From contig CAJWLU010000001.1 of assembly GCA_913043225.1 (NCBI GenBank), forward strand, positions 288,001-352,000: a stretch of DNA of 64,000 nucleotides. The letters are read 5' to 3'. The translations under genes were made by a program, and so were the position numbers. Below, one piece after another: positions 10,050 through 20,337 of this stretch. Below the pieces are notes generated by a model that worked only from the letters and a program-made list of their open reading frames with translations, had not been told where the DNA came from and ran no database searches. This stretch comes from an uncultured Acidobacteriota bacterium. Lineage in GTDB: Bacteria; Acidobacteriota; Vicinamibacteria; Vicinamibacterales; UBA8438. Every line of letters begins with the position of its first letter. The first letter of the stretch is position 1.

Positions 10050-11216
10050 TTACGCCGGTGACCGCAACGAAACCAGTAGGCGCTCTCCCACCAGATCACG
10101 CCGCCAGCCGAGCCACTCCGGCGGAGGCTCGCCGGAGTGGACATGCACCTGTACCACCAGCGATTCGAGGGCACGTCTAGAAGCCAGCAGTTCGGGAGGA
10201 AGCTCGAGCTGCGCCGCAGCCTCCACGACAATCCGCTTCAACGCGTCGACACGACGGGCCAACGGTCGCATGTCGACCTGCCGATCGAGAGTTCCTGGGC
10301 CCTCTTCCCGACCGGTCCGGACGACCGCGTCCAACTCCTCGCCGTAGCGATCCAACACCGCCCTTGACAGACCTCGCACCCCTCGCGAGGGCGCCTTCCC
10401 GGTACACCGGGCAAGCGCCACCAACGCGGTATCCCCAACGAGATGACGACGGGGCAGGTTCCGGGCCTGAGCCTCGCGCTCACGCCATCCGGCCAGAGCC
10501 CGAAGCACGGCGTGGTCAGGGGCCGTCAGCCCCCCCCTGCCCTTCACCCGGAGATAAGCAGCGTCCGCTCCGGCATCAGTCGCTCGCGTCCGGCGGAAGC
10601 GCTCTTGATCCTCGCGCAACCAAGCCAGTCGGCCCAACGCGGCCAGCGACGCAGACAGCCGCTCCCGAAGCTGATGGAGGTAGGCCACGTCGAGCGCTGC
10701 ATAGCTGAGCTGGGACGGGGTCAGCGGTCGTCGGCGCCAGTCTGACCTCGTCTCCCCTTTGTCCAGCTCGACACCGAGCAGGGAGGCCACGAGCCCTCGG
10801 TATCCGACCCCCATGCCGAGACCAGCAAAGGCTGCCGCGCGCTGGGTGTCGAAGAGCGATGCGGGAACGATGCCGACCAGCCGCTCGAACAGGTCGAAGT
10901 CCTCACCTGGAGCGTGCATAACGAACTCCACGCCCGGATCGGTGAGCAGACGCCCCAACGGGGCGAAGTCGCTCACCGCGAGCGGGTCAATGAGGACGAC
11001 CCCATCCCCGGCGTCGGCCTGAAGCAGTCCGGGGAGTGGGTAGTACGTCCGCTCCCGTACGAACTCGGTATCTAGGGCGAGCTGACCGGCCCGGAGCCAC
11101 CGATCGCAGACCGACGCCAGCTCGGCGTCAGTGGTCACGAAGGTGGGCTGGACGAAGGCTGGGCCAGGCAAGGTGGCACAGCTTACCTTGCCTACGGGGT
11201 GCGGCAACGCCTCCAA
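10050..11216 (-). CDS. rnd: ribonuclease D (DEDDy exonuclease plus HRDC domain)
   Basis: Motifs ALDTEFVRERTYYP, FDTQ, SDWRRRPL, YAALDV, WREREA. Start codon uncertain. Confidence 0.93.
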   Translation of the reverse strand: MEALPHPVGKVSCATLPGPAFVQPTFVTTDAELASVCDRWLRAGQLALDTEFVRERTYYPLPGLLQADAGDGVVLIDPLAVSDFAPLGRLLTDPGVEFVMHAPGEDFDLFERLVGIVPASLFDTQRAAAFAGLGMGVGYRGLVASLLGVELDKGETRSDWRRRPLTPSQLSYAALDVAYLHQLRERLSASLAALGRLAWLREDQERFRRTRATDAGADAAYLRVKGRGGLTAPDHAVLRALAGWREREAQARNLPRRHLVGDTALVALARCTGKAPSRGVRGLSRAVLDRYGEELDAVVRTGREEGPGTLDRQVDMRPLARRVDALKRIVVEAAAQLELPPELLASRRALESLVVQVHVHSGEPPPEWLGWRRDLVGERLLVSLRSPA

Positions 11217-11330
11217 TAGAGCTTGCGGGTGACCTTGAACCCGAGGAACCAGGTATTCTCATCACCGCTCTGGGGGAGCCGATTCGGCGTGGAACCGAGG
11301 TTATTCGACACGTTCAGCTGAAATCCAGAA

Positions 11331-12488
11331 TCAGCGATCCGGGATCCGGGCATCCAGATCAGACCGCCGAGCCACCTCCAAGATTCGCTGGGCTACCCGA
11401 GCACTTGCGCCGGGACCGCCCAAGGCGTCCCGCACCGACCGGAGATCGGCACGGGTGGCCGCCGCATGGGCGTCGTCGCTCAGAAAGCGCACCGCCTCGG
11501 CGGCAACGGCTTCAGGCGTGAACTCTTGCTGGAGGAGCTCCGGCACGACCTTGCGCCCGGTCACCAGATTGACCATGCCAAAAGCATCGACCCGTACGAA
11601 CCGCCGACCGATCCAGTAGCTAAGCCGGGACAGCCGATACACCACGACCATCGGCCGACCATGTATGGCGGTCTGCACCGTAGCCGTCCCAGACGCCGTG
11701 AGCACCACGTCGGCCGCATTGAGTACATCGTCACTCGAGGAGGCCACCAGCAGCGGCTGGGGGGTCAGCTCCGCCAGCGGACGAAACAGCTCGTCGGAGA
11801 GCGCTGGCGCACGCGCGACGACGAACTGCGCTCGCGGCACTTGGTCTCGAATCAAGCGGGCGGCACCGATCAGGTCTGGCAGGATGGCCCGCAGCTCGTT
11901 GGGCCGGCTGCCAGGCAGCAATGCTACAAGCGGCGCCGTCTGATCGAGGCCAGTCGCCTCCCGAAACGCCTCACGGTCGCGGGCAGGTCTGGCGAGTTCC
12001 AGCAACGGATGCCCTACGAACGAGACCGGGATGTCGGCCTCCTCGTAGATCGACGTCTCGAAGGGAAAAATCACCAGGGCCCGCGACACGAACCGCCGCA
12101 TGGTCGCGAGCCGGCTGGCCCGCCACGCCCAGACCTGCGGGCAGATGTAATAGACCACCGGTACACCGAGCCCGGCCACGGCCTGACCAAGCCGAAAATT
12201 GAAGTCAGGATAGTCAATGAGGACGAGCACGTCCGGCCGCTCGGACCGAGCGGTGGCAACCAAACTCCGATACACACGCCACGAGTGAGGCAACACCGAG
12301 AGCACCTCGGCCAACCCGGTCACGGTCAGCCCCTTATAGCTGGCGACCAACCGTCCGCCTGCGGCCTCAAACCGCTCACCGCCCAGGCCGAACACCTGCA
12401 CCTCCGGCTCAAGATCCCGGAGCTCGGTGGTTAGGGCGCCGGCATACAGGTCGCCCGAGGGCTCCCCGCAGGAGAGCATGACCTTCAC
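11331..12488 (-). CDS. lpxB: lipid-A-disaccharide synthase
   Basis: Motifs GEPSGD, IDYPDFN, PQVWAW, FVGHPL, LLPGSR, SGTAT. Confidence 0.96.
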   Translation of the reverse strand: MKVMLSCGEPSGDLYAGALTTELRDLEPEVQVFGLGGERFEAAGGRLVASYKGLTVTGLAEVLSVLPHSWRVYRSLVATARSERPDVLVLIDYPDFNFRLGQAVAGLGVPVVYYICPQVWAWRASRLATMRRFVSRALVIFPFETSIYEEADIPVSFVGHPLLELARPARDREAFREATGLDQTAPLVALLPGSRPNELRAILPDLIGAARLIRDQVPRAQFVVARAPALSDELFRPLAELTPQPLLVASSSDDVLNAADVVLTASGTATVQTAIHGRPMVVVYRLSRLSYWIGRRFVRVDAFGMVNLVTGRKVVPELLQQEFTPEAVAAEAVRFLSDDAHAAATRADLRSVRDALGGPGASARVAQRILEVARRSDLDARIPDR

Positions 12489-12539
12489 GCTCGACCTCGC
12501 TGGGCGCTCATCGATAGCGGATGGTGGTTCGGCTTCGGC

Positions 12540-14024
12540 TCAGGGGGCGGCCGCGACTCCGGCGGCCGAGGACGGGCTCGGCTCCCAGGTCTCGAGATCG
12601 GCGACAGAGAGCACTTCGTAGTCGTCGAAACCGACCCGCGACAGGTCATTCAGGAAAGTGCGGGCTTCACCTACCAGCACGATCGAAAGCGCCTGCGGCC
12701 GAAGATACTCGCGCGACACCCGCTGGATGTCGTCCACGGTAACCGCGTTGATCCGGTTGGGATAGGTGGGCAGTTCCTCGAGATCGAGACCATAGACGAG
12801 AGCTTCCAGTACCTGGGCGGCAATGGCGTTGGGCGCCTCGATAGTCAACGGAAAACTTCCCGCCAGATAGGCCTGAGCGTTCTGCAACTCGAACGGCCGG
12901 ACACGCTCGCGCTGCAACCGAGCCACCTCTTCCACCATCAACCGGAGCGCTTCAGCCGTGGCATCCGAGCGGGTGTCGGTCTTGGCCATGAAATCGCCCC
13001 CGAACCTGCGACTGGCCACGTCGGCTGACGCGGAGTAGGTCAACGACCGCTCGGTACGCAGCACGCCGCCTAACCGGTTCCCACCTTCACCGCCGAGAAT
13101 CTTCATCGCGACATCGAAGGCTAGAAAGTCGGGACTGGTACGGGCCAATCCAAGATGACCGACTCGGATCGCAGTTTGGGTTGACCCCGGCTTGTCGACG
13201 ATCACCAGCCGCTGAGTTGGCTCGGGTAGCGACGGTGACGCCGGCTCGGGTACGACCTTCCGCTCCCAGTCACCGAAGACCCGCTCTGCCATGGCAAAAA
13301 CGGTCTCGGCATCGATGTCTCCAACGATGCCCAGCAACGCATTATTCGGCGCGTAGTGCGCCTCGTGAAACGCCTGGAGGTCCTGGCGGGTGATCGCCCG
13401 CACTGTGCGCTCATTACCGTTATGCGGCAGACCGTAGGCATGCGAGCCGTAGACCAGCCGACCAAACACGATGCTGGCCAGATAGGTCGGGTCGTCATAG
13501 CTAACTTGCAGCCCCGACAGCACCTGCTGGCGTTGACGCTCGATCTCCTGCGGCGCGAACGACGGCCGGCGGACGATGTCGGCCACGAGCTCGGCGGCCA
13601 GGTCGAAGCTGTCGCGCATCACGAGCACATTGACGAAGCTCAGATCCGTGCCGGCGCCAACGTCCAGGATCCCGCCGACGTAGTCGATGGTTTCCGCGAT
13701 CTCGGTGGCAGTGCGGGTGGTCGTGCCCTGTCCCAACAACTGAGCCGCAAGCGCCCCCACCCCCTTCTTGTCGAGCGGATCTGAGGCCGCGCCGGCGGCC
13801 GTGATGAACCGTAGGTTAACCGCCGGCTGCTCGTGGTGCATGACCACGACCACCTGGAGCCCGTTCGAGAGCGTCCGGATCTCATAGGGTGGGAACGTGG
13901 CCTGACGCGCCGGCAGTGGCGGTGGCGGGCTTTCCCTGGGCCAGTCAGCCGCAGGCTGAGCGACCGCCACATGCGCCATACCGATAACAAGAGCACCCAA
14001 CACCGCGAACCTGAACCTCCGCAT
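12540..14024 (-). CDS. M16 family peptidase, non-catalytic partner subunit
   Basis: M16 fold motifs (LSNGLQV, YAPNNA, ILGG...RL...LRTERSLTY) but no HXXEH; signal peptide; abuts the catalytic partner. Confidence 0.9.
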   Translation of the reverse strand: MRRFRFAVLGALVIGMAHVAVAQPAADWPRESPPPPLPARQATFPPYEIRTLSNGLQVVVVMHHEQPAVNLRFITAAGAASDPLDKKGVGALAAQLLGQGTTTRTATEIAETIDYVGGILDVGAGTDLSFVNVLVMRDSFDLAAELVADIVRRPSFAPQEIERQRQQVLSGLQVSYDDPTYLASIVFGRLVYGSHAYGLPHNGNERTVRAITRQDLQAFHEAHYAPNNALLGIVGDIDAETVFAMAERVFGDWERKVVPEPASPSLPEPTQRLVIVDKPGSTQTAIRVGHLGLARTSPDFLAFDVAMKILGGEGGNRLGGVLRTERSLTYSASADVASRRFGGDFMAKTDTRSDATAEALRLMVEEVARLQRERVRPFELQNAQAYLAGSFPLTIEAPNAIAAQVLEALVYGLDLEELPTYPNRINAVTVDDIQRVSREYLRPQALSIVLVGEARTFLNDLSRVGFDDYEVLSVADLETWEPSPSSAAGVAAAP

Positions 14025-15433
14025 CAGTCGTCGCCTCCGGGACGAAGAAACGACCGACCCGTCGGCGCCGGCGGGGGCATGATAGTCAGCACCAGACGGC
14101 TCTCATCGGTGAAGTAGGTCTGCGCCACCCGCTGGACATCCTCTTTGCTGATGTTCTGGAAGATGTCGAACTCAGCGTCGGCGGTCGTGATGTCGTCGTG
14201 AATCACGGCCGCGTGCGACAGATGACTGGCCTTCTGCTCGACGGTGGCCCGCGAGAAGACATAGTCGCGGGCGAACTGGTTCTTGGCCCGCTGAAGCTCC
14301 CGGTCGGACACGAACTCCGTCTTCAGGAGCTCCAGCTCGGCGATCAGCGCCGTCTCGGCCTCCTCGGTCGTTCGCCCGGGCTGGACGACCGCCACCGCAT
14401 AGAAGAGGTTCGGATCGTCGATCAGGGTACCGCTGCCAAAGGCCGAGACTGCCACCTGGTCGTCGTAGATGAGACGCCTGAAGATCCGGGAGCTCTCTCC
14501 GTCGGACAGGACCTTGGTGGCGATGTGCAGCGGATAGGCGTCGGGGTGACCGTCATAGGTGATGTGATGCGCCACCACGACCACCGGGAGCGGCCAGTTC
14601 TCGCTTTGCGACAAGGTGATGCGTCGCTCACCGGTGGGCCGCGGCTCCCGCGGGATGTCCCGCGGCACGGGGTGCTTCGCCTTCGGCACACGACCGAAGT
14701 ACTGCTTCACCAGCGCCAACGCTTCGGCTGACTCAAAATCGCCGACCAGGGTCAGGAAGGCGTTCTCAGGGACGTAGTAGGTCTCGAAGAACTCACGCAC
14801 GTCGTCGATCGATGCCGCCTCCAGATCCTCCATACTTCCGATGGCCGTGTGCTTGTACGGATGCACGTTGTAGGCTTGGTCGTACATGATTTCGGTGAGC
14901 AGCCCGAACGGCGTATCCTCGTAGCGCCAGCGGCGCTCTTCCTTCACCACTTGCCGCTCGGCTTCGAACGTCTCTTCATCAATCCGGAGGGTGGCCATTC
15001 GATCGGCCTCAAGCCAGAGCGCCAGCGGAAGATACTGCGCCGGAAACGTCTCGTGGTACTCAGTCGTGTCTTCGGTGGTAAACGCGTTCCCGGCCCCGCC
15101 GACACGCGAAATCAGCGTCAGGTGCGAATCGGGGAGAACGTTCTTGGACCCCTTGAACATCATGTGTTCGAAGAGATGAGCGAATCCGGTCCGTCCGGGG
15201 CGCTCATTCTTTGACCCGACCTTATAGACCAGCCTCGAGTGCACGATCGGCGTGGAGTGGTCCTCGGAGAGGATCACGGTAAGGCCGTTGTCGAGCGTGT
15301 GAAGCTCGTACTGGAACTTCGGGGGACGGACCGCGGTCTCGACACGCGACGTCGCGGCCAGCACACTAAGAACTGCGGCGGCGACACCCACCAAGGGGAG
15401 CCGACGGCCGAGGACGGACGGCATTCGACGCAT
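14024..15433 (-). CDS. M16 family zinc peptidase, catalytic subunit
   Basis: GRTGFAHLFEHMMF (HXXEH), NAFT, VKEERR; signal peptide. ATG 15433 preferred because a TGcCATAAT promoter lies 6 nt upstream. Confidence 0.93.
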   Translation of the reverse strand: MRRMPSVLGRRLPLVGVAAAVLSVLAATSRVETAVRPPKFQYELHTLDNGLTVILSEDHSTPIVHSRLVYKVGSKNERPGRTGFAHLFEHMMFKGSKNVLPDSHLTLISRVGGAGNAFTTEDTTEYHETFPAQYLPLALWLEADRMATLRIDEETFEAERQVVKEERRWRYEDTPFGLLTEIMYDQAYNVHPYKHTAIGSMEDLEAASIDDVREFFETYYVPENAFLTLVGDFESAEALALVKQYFGRVPKAKHPVPRDIPREPRPTGERRITLSQSENWPLPVVVVAHHITYDGHPDAYPLHIATKVLSDGESSRIFRRLIYDDQVAVSAFGSGTLIDDPNLFYAVAVVQPGRTTEEAETALIAELELLKTEFVSDRELQRAKNQFARDYVFSRATVEQKASHLSHAAVIHDDITTADAEFDIFQNISKEDVQRVAQTYFTDESRLVLTIMPPPAPTGRSFLRPGGDD

Positions 15434-15474
15434 GGCCGAATTATGGCACAGCGAGTGCGGTCGCACCGCGGCAG

Positions 15475-16287
15475 TCAGTGGCTTAGGAATCGGAAGCCGA
15501 GCATGGTGAAGGTCGTCGGCTCGAGGTCGAAAGGGTCCTGGTCGATGCGCCGTTCGCGGGCGAGGAACACCTCGCCAGCGCCGGCCAGACCGGGGAACCG
15601 GGCCCCGATCTCGATCCGGCTGCCAACCTGCCGCTCCCTTCCGAAGTCGCCGACGTCGACCGGGACAACCGTCACCTCGCCGCCCAACAGCAGCGACACC
15701 CGGGGATGCACCGGTCGATAGGCGGTGGCGCTCCCGCCAAACTCACCCAGGTAATCGACAAAGGACCGGCGGACGGTACCCATCGCGCGGTAGCTGAAAT
15801 CGAAATTCCAACCCCAGTACGACATTACCGCGGTGGATTGCAGCCCGAGCATGTTCCAAGCGATGGCGAGTTCCTTATCACGATCGGTTAGATGCCGTGA
15901 CACGTGATGGAAGACCGCGCCGACTTCCAGATGCTCGCTGATCGGGCGCCACCAGGCCGACAGGGTGATGACATAGTTGCCCTGGTTGGGGTCGATGGCC
16001 CGGATCTGCTCACCGATGATCCCCTCGTAGTTCAAGAGAAGATTGCCCCGGAAGTGCTCCAGGTCGAAGATGTCGATATCGCCGCCGAAATCAGTATCCC
16101 AGACGAAGTCCTCTTCGCCAGAGACCACGCCAAAGGCGTTCAGATGAAACCGATAGTTGGTCAGAAATCCTAGCTTGGGATCCGTCTGGCGGGCCGTCGA
16201 TGCCGCGCTGCTCGTCTGGGCCCAGGCCAGCCCTGGCCAGAAAAGCAGCACGACCGCCAGGACGAGAACCACGCGATCTCGATGCAT
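15475..16287 (-). CDS. hypothetical outer-membrane beta-barrel-like protein
   Basis: Signal peptide (AWA-Q), alternating amphipathic strands, FHHVSRHLTD motif, C-terminal strand MLGFRF. Confidence 0.7.
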   Translation of the reverse strand: MHRDRVVLVLAVVLLFWPGLAWAQTSSAASTARQTDPKLGFLTNYRFHLNAFGVVSGEEDFVWDTDFGGDIDIFDLEHFRGNLLLNYEGIIGEQIRAIDPNQGNYVITLSAWWRPISEHLEVGAVFHHVSRHLTDRDKELAIAWNMLGLQSTAVMSYWGWNFDFSYRAMGTVRRSFVDYLGEFGGSATAYRPVHPRVSLLLGGEVTVVPVDVGDFGRERQVGSRIEIGARFPGLAGAGEVFLARERRIDQDPFDLEPTTFTMLGFRFLSH

Positions 16288-16398
16288 CTCGTCGGTGACG
16301 CTCTGGAGTCGTTGAGCCGTGAAGCCGCTGAAAGTCGGGTCGAACCGGGCGAACTGCGCGGTGAGTGTAGCACGCTGACCGCTCGCCCCCGGCGTTGG

Positions 16399-17076
16399 TC
16401 AGCAACTTTCGGGCAGGGTGCGCTCAACGAACCTGGACAGATGTTCGAGCTGGAGTTGGTCGGCGATCGCGCGTAGCCGCCCCTGGCGTTCGGCCGGCGG
16501 CAACGATAGCACCTGGCGCACTTCACGGAGCGGCTCCGATGACTGCACTGACCACTCGACCGCCGTCAGCCCACGCCGGGCGCCGCGAAACGCCAGCCAG
16601 TGACCGCCCATCTTCCCGGCGAAGTACCAAGAAATAAGGTTCGGGCCCGGCACGAAGAAGAACAGTGGACCGAACACCAGCACCGCTAGTCCGTCGACCA
16701 CCATCCAGACGCGGTGGTGGTCCTGGTCCCGCTGCAACATCCCGTTTGCGATCGACCAGGCTCGGTTGGAAGGCAGGTCGGCGGGGTGGATCAAACTCGC
16801 GGTCTGCTGATGACGCAGATGCCACAGCAGCCGCTGCTCCGCCACCCACTCGGCCAGGCCGCGGATGAGACTCGCCTTCGCCCGAGCCACCCACCCCGTC
16901 TGCGCCTCGGAAAGCCGGGCGCCGGACTCGCGCTCGGCCTGCTCGGAGGCCATCAGCTCACGAAGCCGGCGGAGCAACCGGCTGGCAAACCCGCCACGTT
17001 CAGCCTGCTCTACCTCTCGTGGCTCGCAGTAGAGCTCGTAGCGGCCTTCTCCGCCCGGCACCAGAAAGACGTCCAT
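16399..17076 (-). CDS. hypothetical membrane protein with a VPGPN motif (possible Mit_KHE1-like family)
   Basis: Hydrophobic hairpin followed by FFFVPGPNLISWYF...H...A..G; SD AGGAGAGG upstream. Confidence 0.7.
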   Translation of the reverse strand: MDVFLVPGGEGRYELYCEPREVEQAERGGFASRLLRRLRELMASEQAERESGARLSEAQTGWVARAKASLIRGLAEWVAEQRLLWHLRHQQTASLIHPADLPSNRAWSIANGMLQRDQDHHRVWMVVDGLAVLVFGPLFFFVPGPNLISWYFAGKMGGHWLAFRGARRGLTAVEWSVQSSEPLREVRQVLSLPPAERQGRLRAIADQLQLEHLSRFVERTLPESC

Positions 17077-17161
17077 GATCGGCTATCCAGCCTCTCCTTA
17101 GTACTTAGCGATGGCTCCCCGTACTTGACGATGGCTCCGCCGGGAAAATCCCCATTACCGG

Positions 17162-17824
17162 GTGGTCAGCCTGACGCCCCTCCGATACCATGCCGATCTA
17201 CCGATGCCCCAGCTGGCCAAACGCTCCTGTATGTGCCTCTGTGCCCTAGCGACGCTGGCGCTGCTCTCTGTCGCCTCGACGCGCGCCCAGCCCCCGGCGG
17301 TGACCCTGCAGGTACGGGTATTCGACGGCGTCGACGAGGTCACCGCCGACAGCGAGGTCACCGCCTACGTCACTGACGACCGTACGTCGGCGCTGGTGGC
17401 CACCTTCGCGAGTGAATCCCACTCGCTCGAACTGCAGCCGGGCATATACGACCTGCAGATCACCATGGACGGGATCGACGACACAGCCAGCGTCAAATGG
17501 TACAAGCATCTCTGGATTCAGCACTATCCGGATGAGTTAGCCGGGCACCTGGAGGTGCTGAACCTCCAAGCGGTTTTCGGCGCACTGCTGGTCCGTCCAC
17601 CGGCGGAATGGCTGGATAACGGACGGCCCTGGCATGTCGGCGCCTTCCTGACCGAAGGCGAAGGACGATCCGGATTCGAACCGGTCGAGTCCGAAGATCT
17701 GCGCCTTTTCATTCTGCCCGCCGGACACTATGACCTGAGAGCGCGCCACGGCGCGCGGGAACTAACCCGCGAGGCGGTCGAAGTACCGGCCGGCCGCACC
17801 CGCCTGATCCACCTCATTCCCTAA
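17162..17824 (+). CDS. hypothetical secreted protein with two Ig/PEGA-like repeats
   Basis: Hydrophobic signal segment ending TRA-Q; repeated LQPGIYDL and LPAGHYDL. The true start is probably ATG 17204 or 17231. Confidence 0.65.
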   Translation: MVSLTPLRYHADLPMPQLAKRSCMCLCALATLALLSVASTRAQPPAVTLQVRVFDGVDEVTADSEVTAYVTDDRTSALVATFASESHSLELQPGIYDLQITMDGIDDTASVKWYKHLWIQHYPDELAGHLEVLNLQAVFGALLVRPPAEWLDNGRPWHVGAFLTEGEGRSGFEPVESEDLRLFILPAGHYDLRARHGARELTREAVEVPAGRTRLIHLIP

Positions 17825-17905
17825 AAGGAATGGGCGCCGGAGACCAAGTCCCCGACGCCCAAGACTTTGTCCATCCACGGGGGATGGACCGGTGGTTCGG
17901 TTGGC

Positions 17906-20107
17906 CTAGCGGGCCAGCGGATCTGGCCGGAGCTGGAAGTGCACGATCTTGCTCTTCGTGCCCTTGCCGCCTTCGGTGTGCCAGATATAGTTCGAACCGT
18001 AGTTGGCCCAGAGCCCACGGCCCTTCCATCCAGCGTCTGGGTCGTCGATACGACCGTCGAGACCGCGGGAGTAGAACGCCATCGGATACGGCACCCGCAG
18101 GACCAGCCACTCGCCGGTGTCTGGGTCGAGAGCCAGCAGCGAGTCCGACGTCGACCCGTTGGCAATCGGGATGTTCTCGCCCATCCCAAGAGTGTTGTAC
18201 TGATCAACCCAGCTGTAGTAGTGGAAATCGGCACCGACATTGCCTTCCACGCCACGCATCTTCGGACCCGGCATCGGGTAGAGAGTCCATCCCTCTGGGC
18301 AGTGCTGACCGGTTGCGGTCGGCCCGTTCGTCACCGCGCACTTGCTGCGGTCGAAGCTGGCCATGTGGCTGCTGCCTGAAAGAGCGGCCCAGATGATGCC
18401 GTCGCGATCCACGTCGATGCCGCGAGGCGAGAACCCGGTCTCCATCGACCCGAGGTCCCCGTTCTCGATGGATGGCGGCTGATACATCTCGGCGATACAG
18501 GTCTCGGGCGGACTATCCCCTCGGTCAAGCCTGACAATCGCCCCTGGGAACGGTCCAGTCCTACTGATCCACGCGGCGTGGTCAGTCGGGTGCGCGATGA
18601 TGCCGTAGCCGAATCCGGCCACCCGACTATCCAGTGACGGGTCTGGGTTCTCTTCCCGCGGCTCGTTCCACGGCTTGGTGATCACACCGTCCCCGTTGGT
18701 GTCGAGCACGGTCGGGCACCAGCCCTGAGAGAATCGCTCGTCGCCAGTCTCATCGTACAGCTCCGTGTTCAGCCAGCCCACGACGTTGCCGTCGCCGCTG
18801 AACCAGAGGGTGTGCTCCTCGTCCTCACCGAACTGCAGGTGGTGTGTTCCGTAGCAAGTGTCCACCAGCACGAACCGCTCGCGCTCCGGGTCGTAATAGG
18901 ATGCGTGACGGCCGGAACGACCGACGGAGTAGTACTGGGCGTACGGATTGTCTGACCCCTCGCGGCACCAGTCGTCGTTCTGGAAGGGACGGATCGTCGA
19001 GGTCATCCAGAGACGGCCCTGGTGGTCCATCATCGGATTGTGCGGATCAGAACGCTCATTCGCACCCACACCCCAGAGCTCCTGATCGCCCCAGTAGTAC
19101 GACGGCGTGATCACGTCCGGGAAACGGGTGGGCATGACCTCGGGGTCGGGACGCACCGGAATGGTAAGTTCGGTCGCCGTATTGGCCACCGGGTCCACCA
19201 TCGTGATGGTGCCGTGCCCCGCCGAGACGCCGTAGACCGGCCCGTCCCCATTGAGCCGCGGGTCGCGCTTGTCGGTGACGATCTCATCGTGGATGAAGGA
19301 CGTGTCCTGGCCCCAGTCCCACAACGTCACCACAACGTTCCGCTCTGCGCCTGCCGGCCGAGGCGGCGCCTCCGGAACCTCACCCGCGGCGATACGGTCG
19401 GTCCAGTCCGCGAACATCTCGAGCGCAGGCTCACGCCCGAACCGATTCATAGCGTTACTCATCTGATTACCGCGCTGCCCGGTCTGGACGCGGTGGTCCC
19501 AGGCGGCTACGGTCGAGTCGAACTGGTCGCGCTCCTGCACGACACGGGTCGCCTCGTTCCCGAGCTGATGACACAGCTGGCACCCCTGCTTCATGTTGTC
19601 CACGAAGTGCGACTGCCTGCTCATGGCAGGGTTGATGCCGTTGCCACCGTTACCGGTACCCGGGAACTCGGAGGCCGGCGGCGGCTCGAGCAGCGAATAC
19701 CAGTAGTTGCCCGGATAGACCTGTGCCGCCGCCCGCGCGTCAGGCGCGATGACGGCGGTCAGCTCGACCCCTTCGGCCCCGGTAGTCAGCTGGACCTTCT
19801 CGGAGTCGACGAGCCCGTAGCCACGCACCCACACGTCGTAGGTGGCCTCCGGCATCTCGGGCAACACGAATCGTCCCCGGTCGTCGGTCACGACGATCTT
19901 GACGAACTTAGTCTCGAGCTCTTCGGTCTCGGCGATGACCCAGACCCCAGCCTCAGGCCCGTTGTCGCTGGCCACGGCCCCGGCGATTACGCCATCGGAC
20001 ATCGACGCGCCCTGACGAGCGGACGCGGTTGCGGTCCAAATGGCGACACCGAGCACCAGCACGAGCATCGGCACGAGCGAATAACGCTGGCGGATTGCGG
20101 TGCGCAT
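17906..20107 (-). CDS. large secreted heme-c protein of unknown function (carboxypeptidase-regulatory-like N-domain, CxxCH domain, putative beta-propeller); paralog of 42805-44991
   Basis: Signal peptide; GPEAGVWVIAET; CQLCH at 19568-19582; His-rich motifs HDEI, PHNPM, GTHHLQF, FHYY; DTNGDG. SD GGAGGAG upstream of ATG 20107. Confidence 0.88.
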   Translation of the reverse strand: MRTAIRQRYSLVPMLVLVLGVAIWTATASARQGASMSDGVIAGAVASDNGPEAGVWVIAETEELETKFVKIVVTDDRGRFVLPEMPEATYDVWVRGYGLVDSEKVQLTTGAEGVELTAVIAPDARAAAQVYPGNYWYSLLEPPPASEFPGTGNGGNGINPAMSRQSHFVDNMKQGCQLCHQLGNEATRVVQERDQFDSTVAAWDHRVQTGQRGNQMSNAMNRFGREPALEMFADWTDRIAAGEVPEAPPRPAGAERNVVVTLWDWGQDTSFIHDEIVTDKRDPRLNGDGPVYGVSAGHGTITMVDPVANTATELTIPVRPDPEVMPTRFPDVITPSYYWGDQELWGVGANERSDPHNPMMDHQGRLWMTSTIRPFQNDDWCREGSDNPYAQYYSVGRSGRHASYYDPERERFVLVDTCYGTHHLQFGEDEEHTLWFSGDGNVVGWLNTELYDETGDERFSQGWCPTVLDTNGDGVITKPWNEPREENPDPSLDSRVAGFGYGIIAHPTDHAAWISRTGPFPGAIVRLDRGDSPPETCIAEMYQPPSIENGDLGSMETGFSPRGIDVDRDGIIWAALSGSSHMASFDRSKCAVTNGPTATGQHCPEGWTLYPMPGPKMRGVEGNVGADFHYYSWVDQYNTLGMGENIPIANGSTSDSLLALDPDTGEWLVLRVPYPMAFYSRGLDGRIDDPDAGWKGRGLWANYGSNYIWHTEGGKGTKSKIVHFQLRPDPLAR

Positions 20108-20170
20108 ATTCCTTATATCCTCTCCTCCGGGACGCACTTGACCCGGTCTATGGATGCGGTACCCGCGTAC

Positions 20171-20200
20171 ACTGTACCTGAGGCTCGGGAGGGGGGTCAA
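20171..20200 (-). promoter_or_regulatory. putative sigma70 promoter for the heme-c protein gene
   Basis: Minus strand TTGACC-18 nt-TACAGT. Confidence 0.5.
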
Positions 20201-20224
20201 CGCCCCGGAGCATCGTTCTAGTGC

Positions 20225-20253
20225 TTGGCGCGGCGGATTCTGACCTGTATGAT
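20225..20253 (+). promoter_or_regulatory. putative sigma70 promoter for the act operon
   Basis: TTGGCG-17 nt-TATGAT, 85 nt upstream of actA. Confidence 0.55.
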
Positions 20254-20337
20254 CTTGGGCTTGTTTGCACTCTTGATGCCCGCCTTTGTCCACGGCACAG
20301 CACTGACGCCGCCCTGTAGGAACGACGAATTTCCGTC

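Noticed and set aside
11466..12434. 322-aa plus-strand ORF and similar long antisense ORFs (19022-20221, 22838-23944, 46232-47341, 49781-50842, 54390-55610, 61370-62374)
   Set aside because: Shadow ORFs opposite well-supported genes, expected from high GC3 codon bias; no recognisable motifs.
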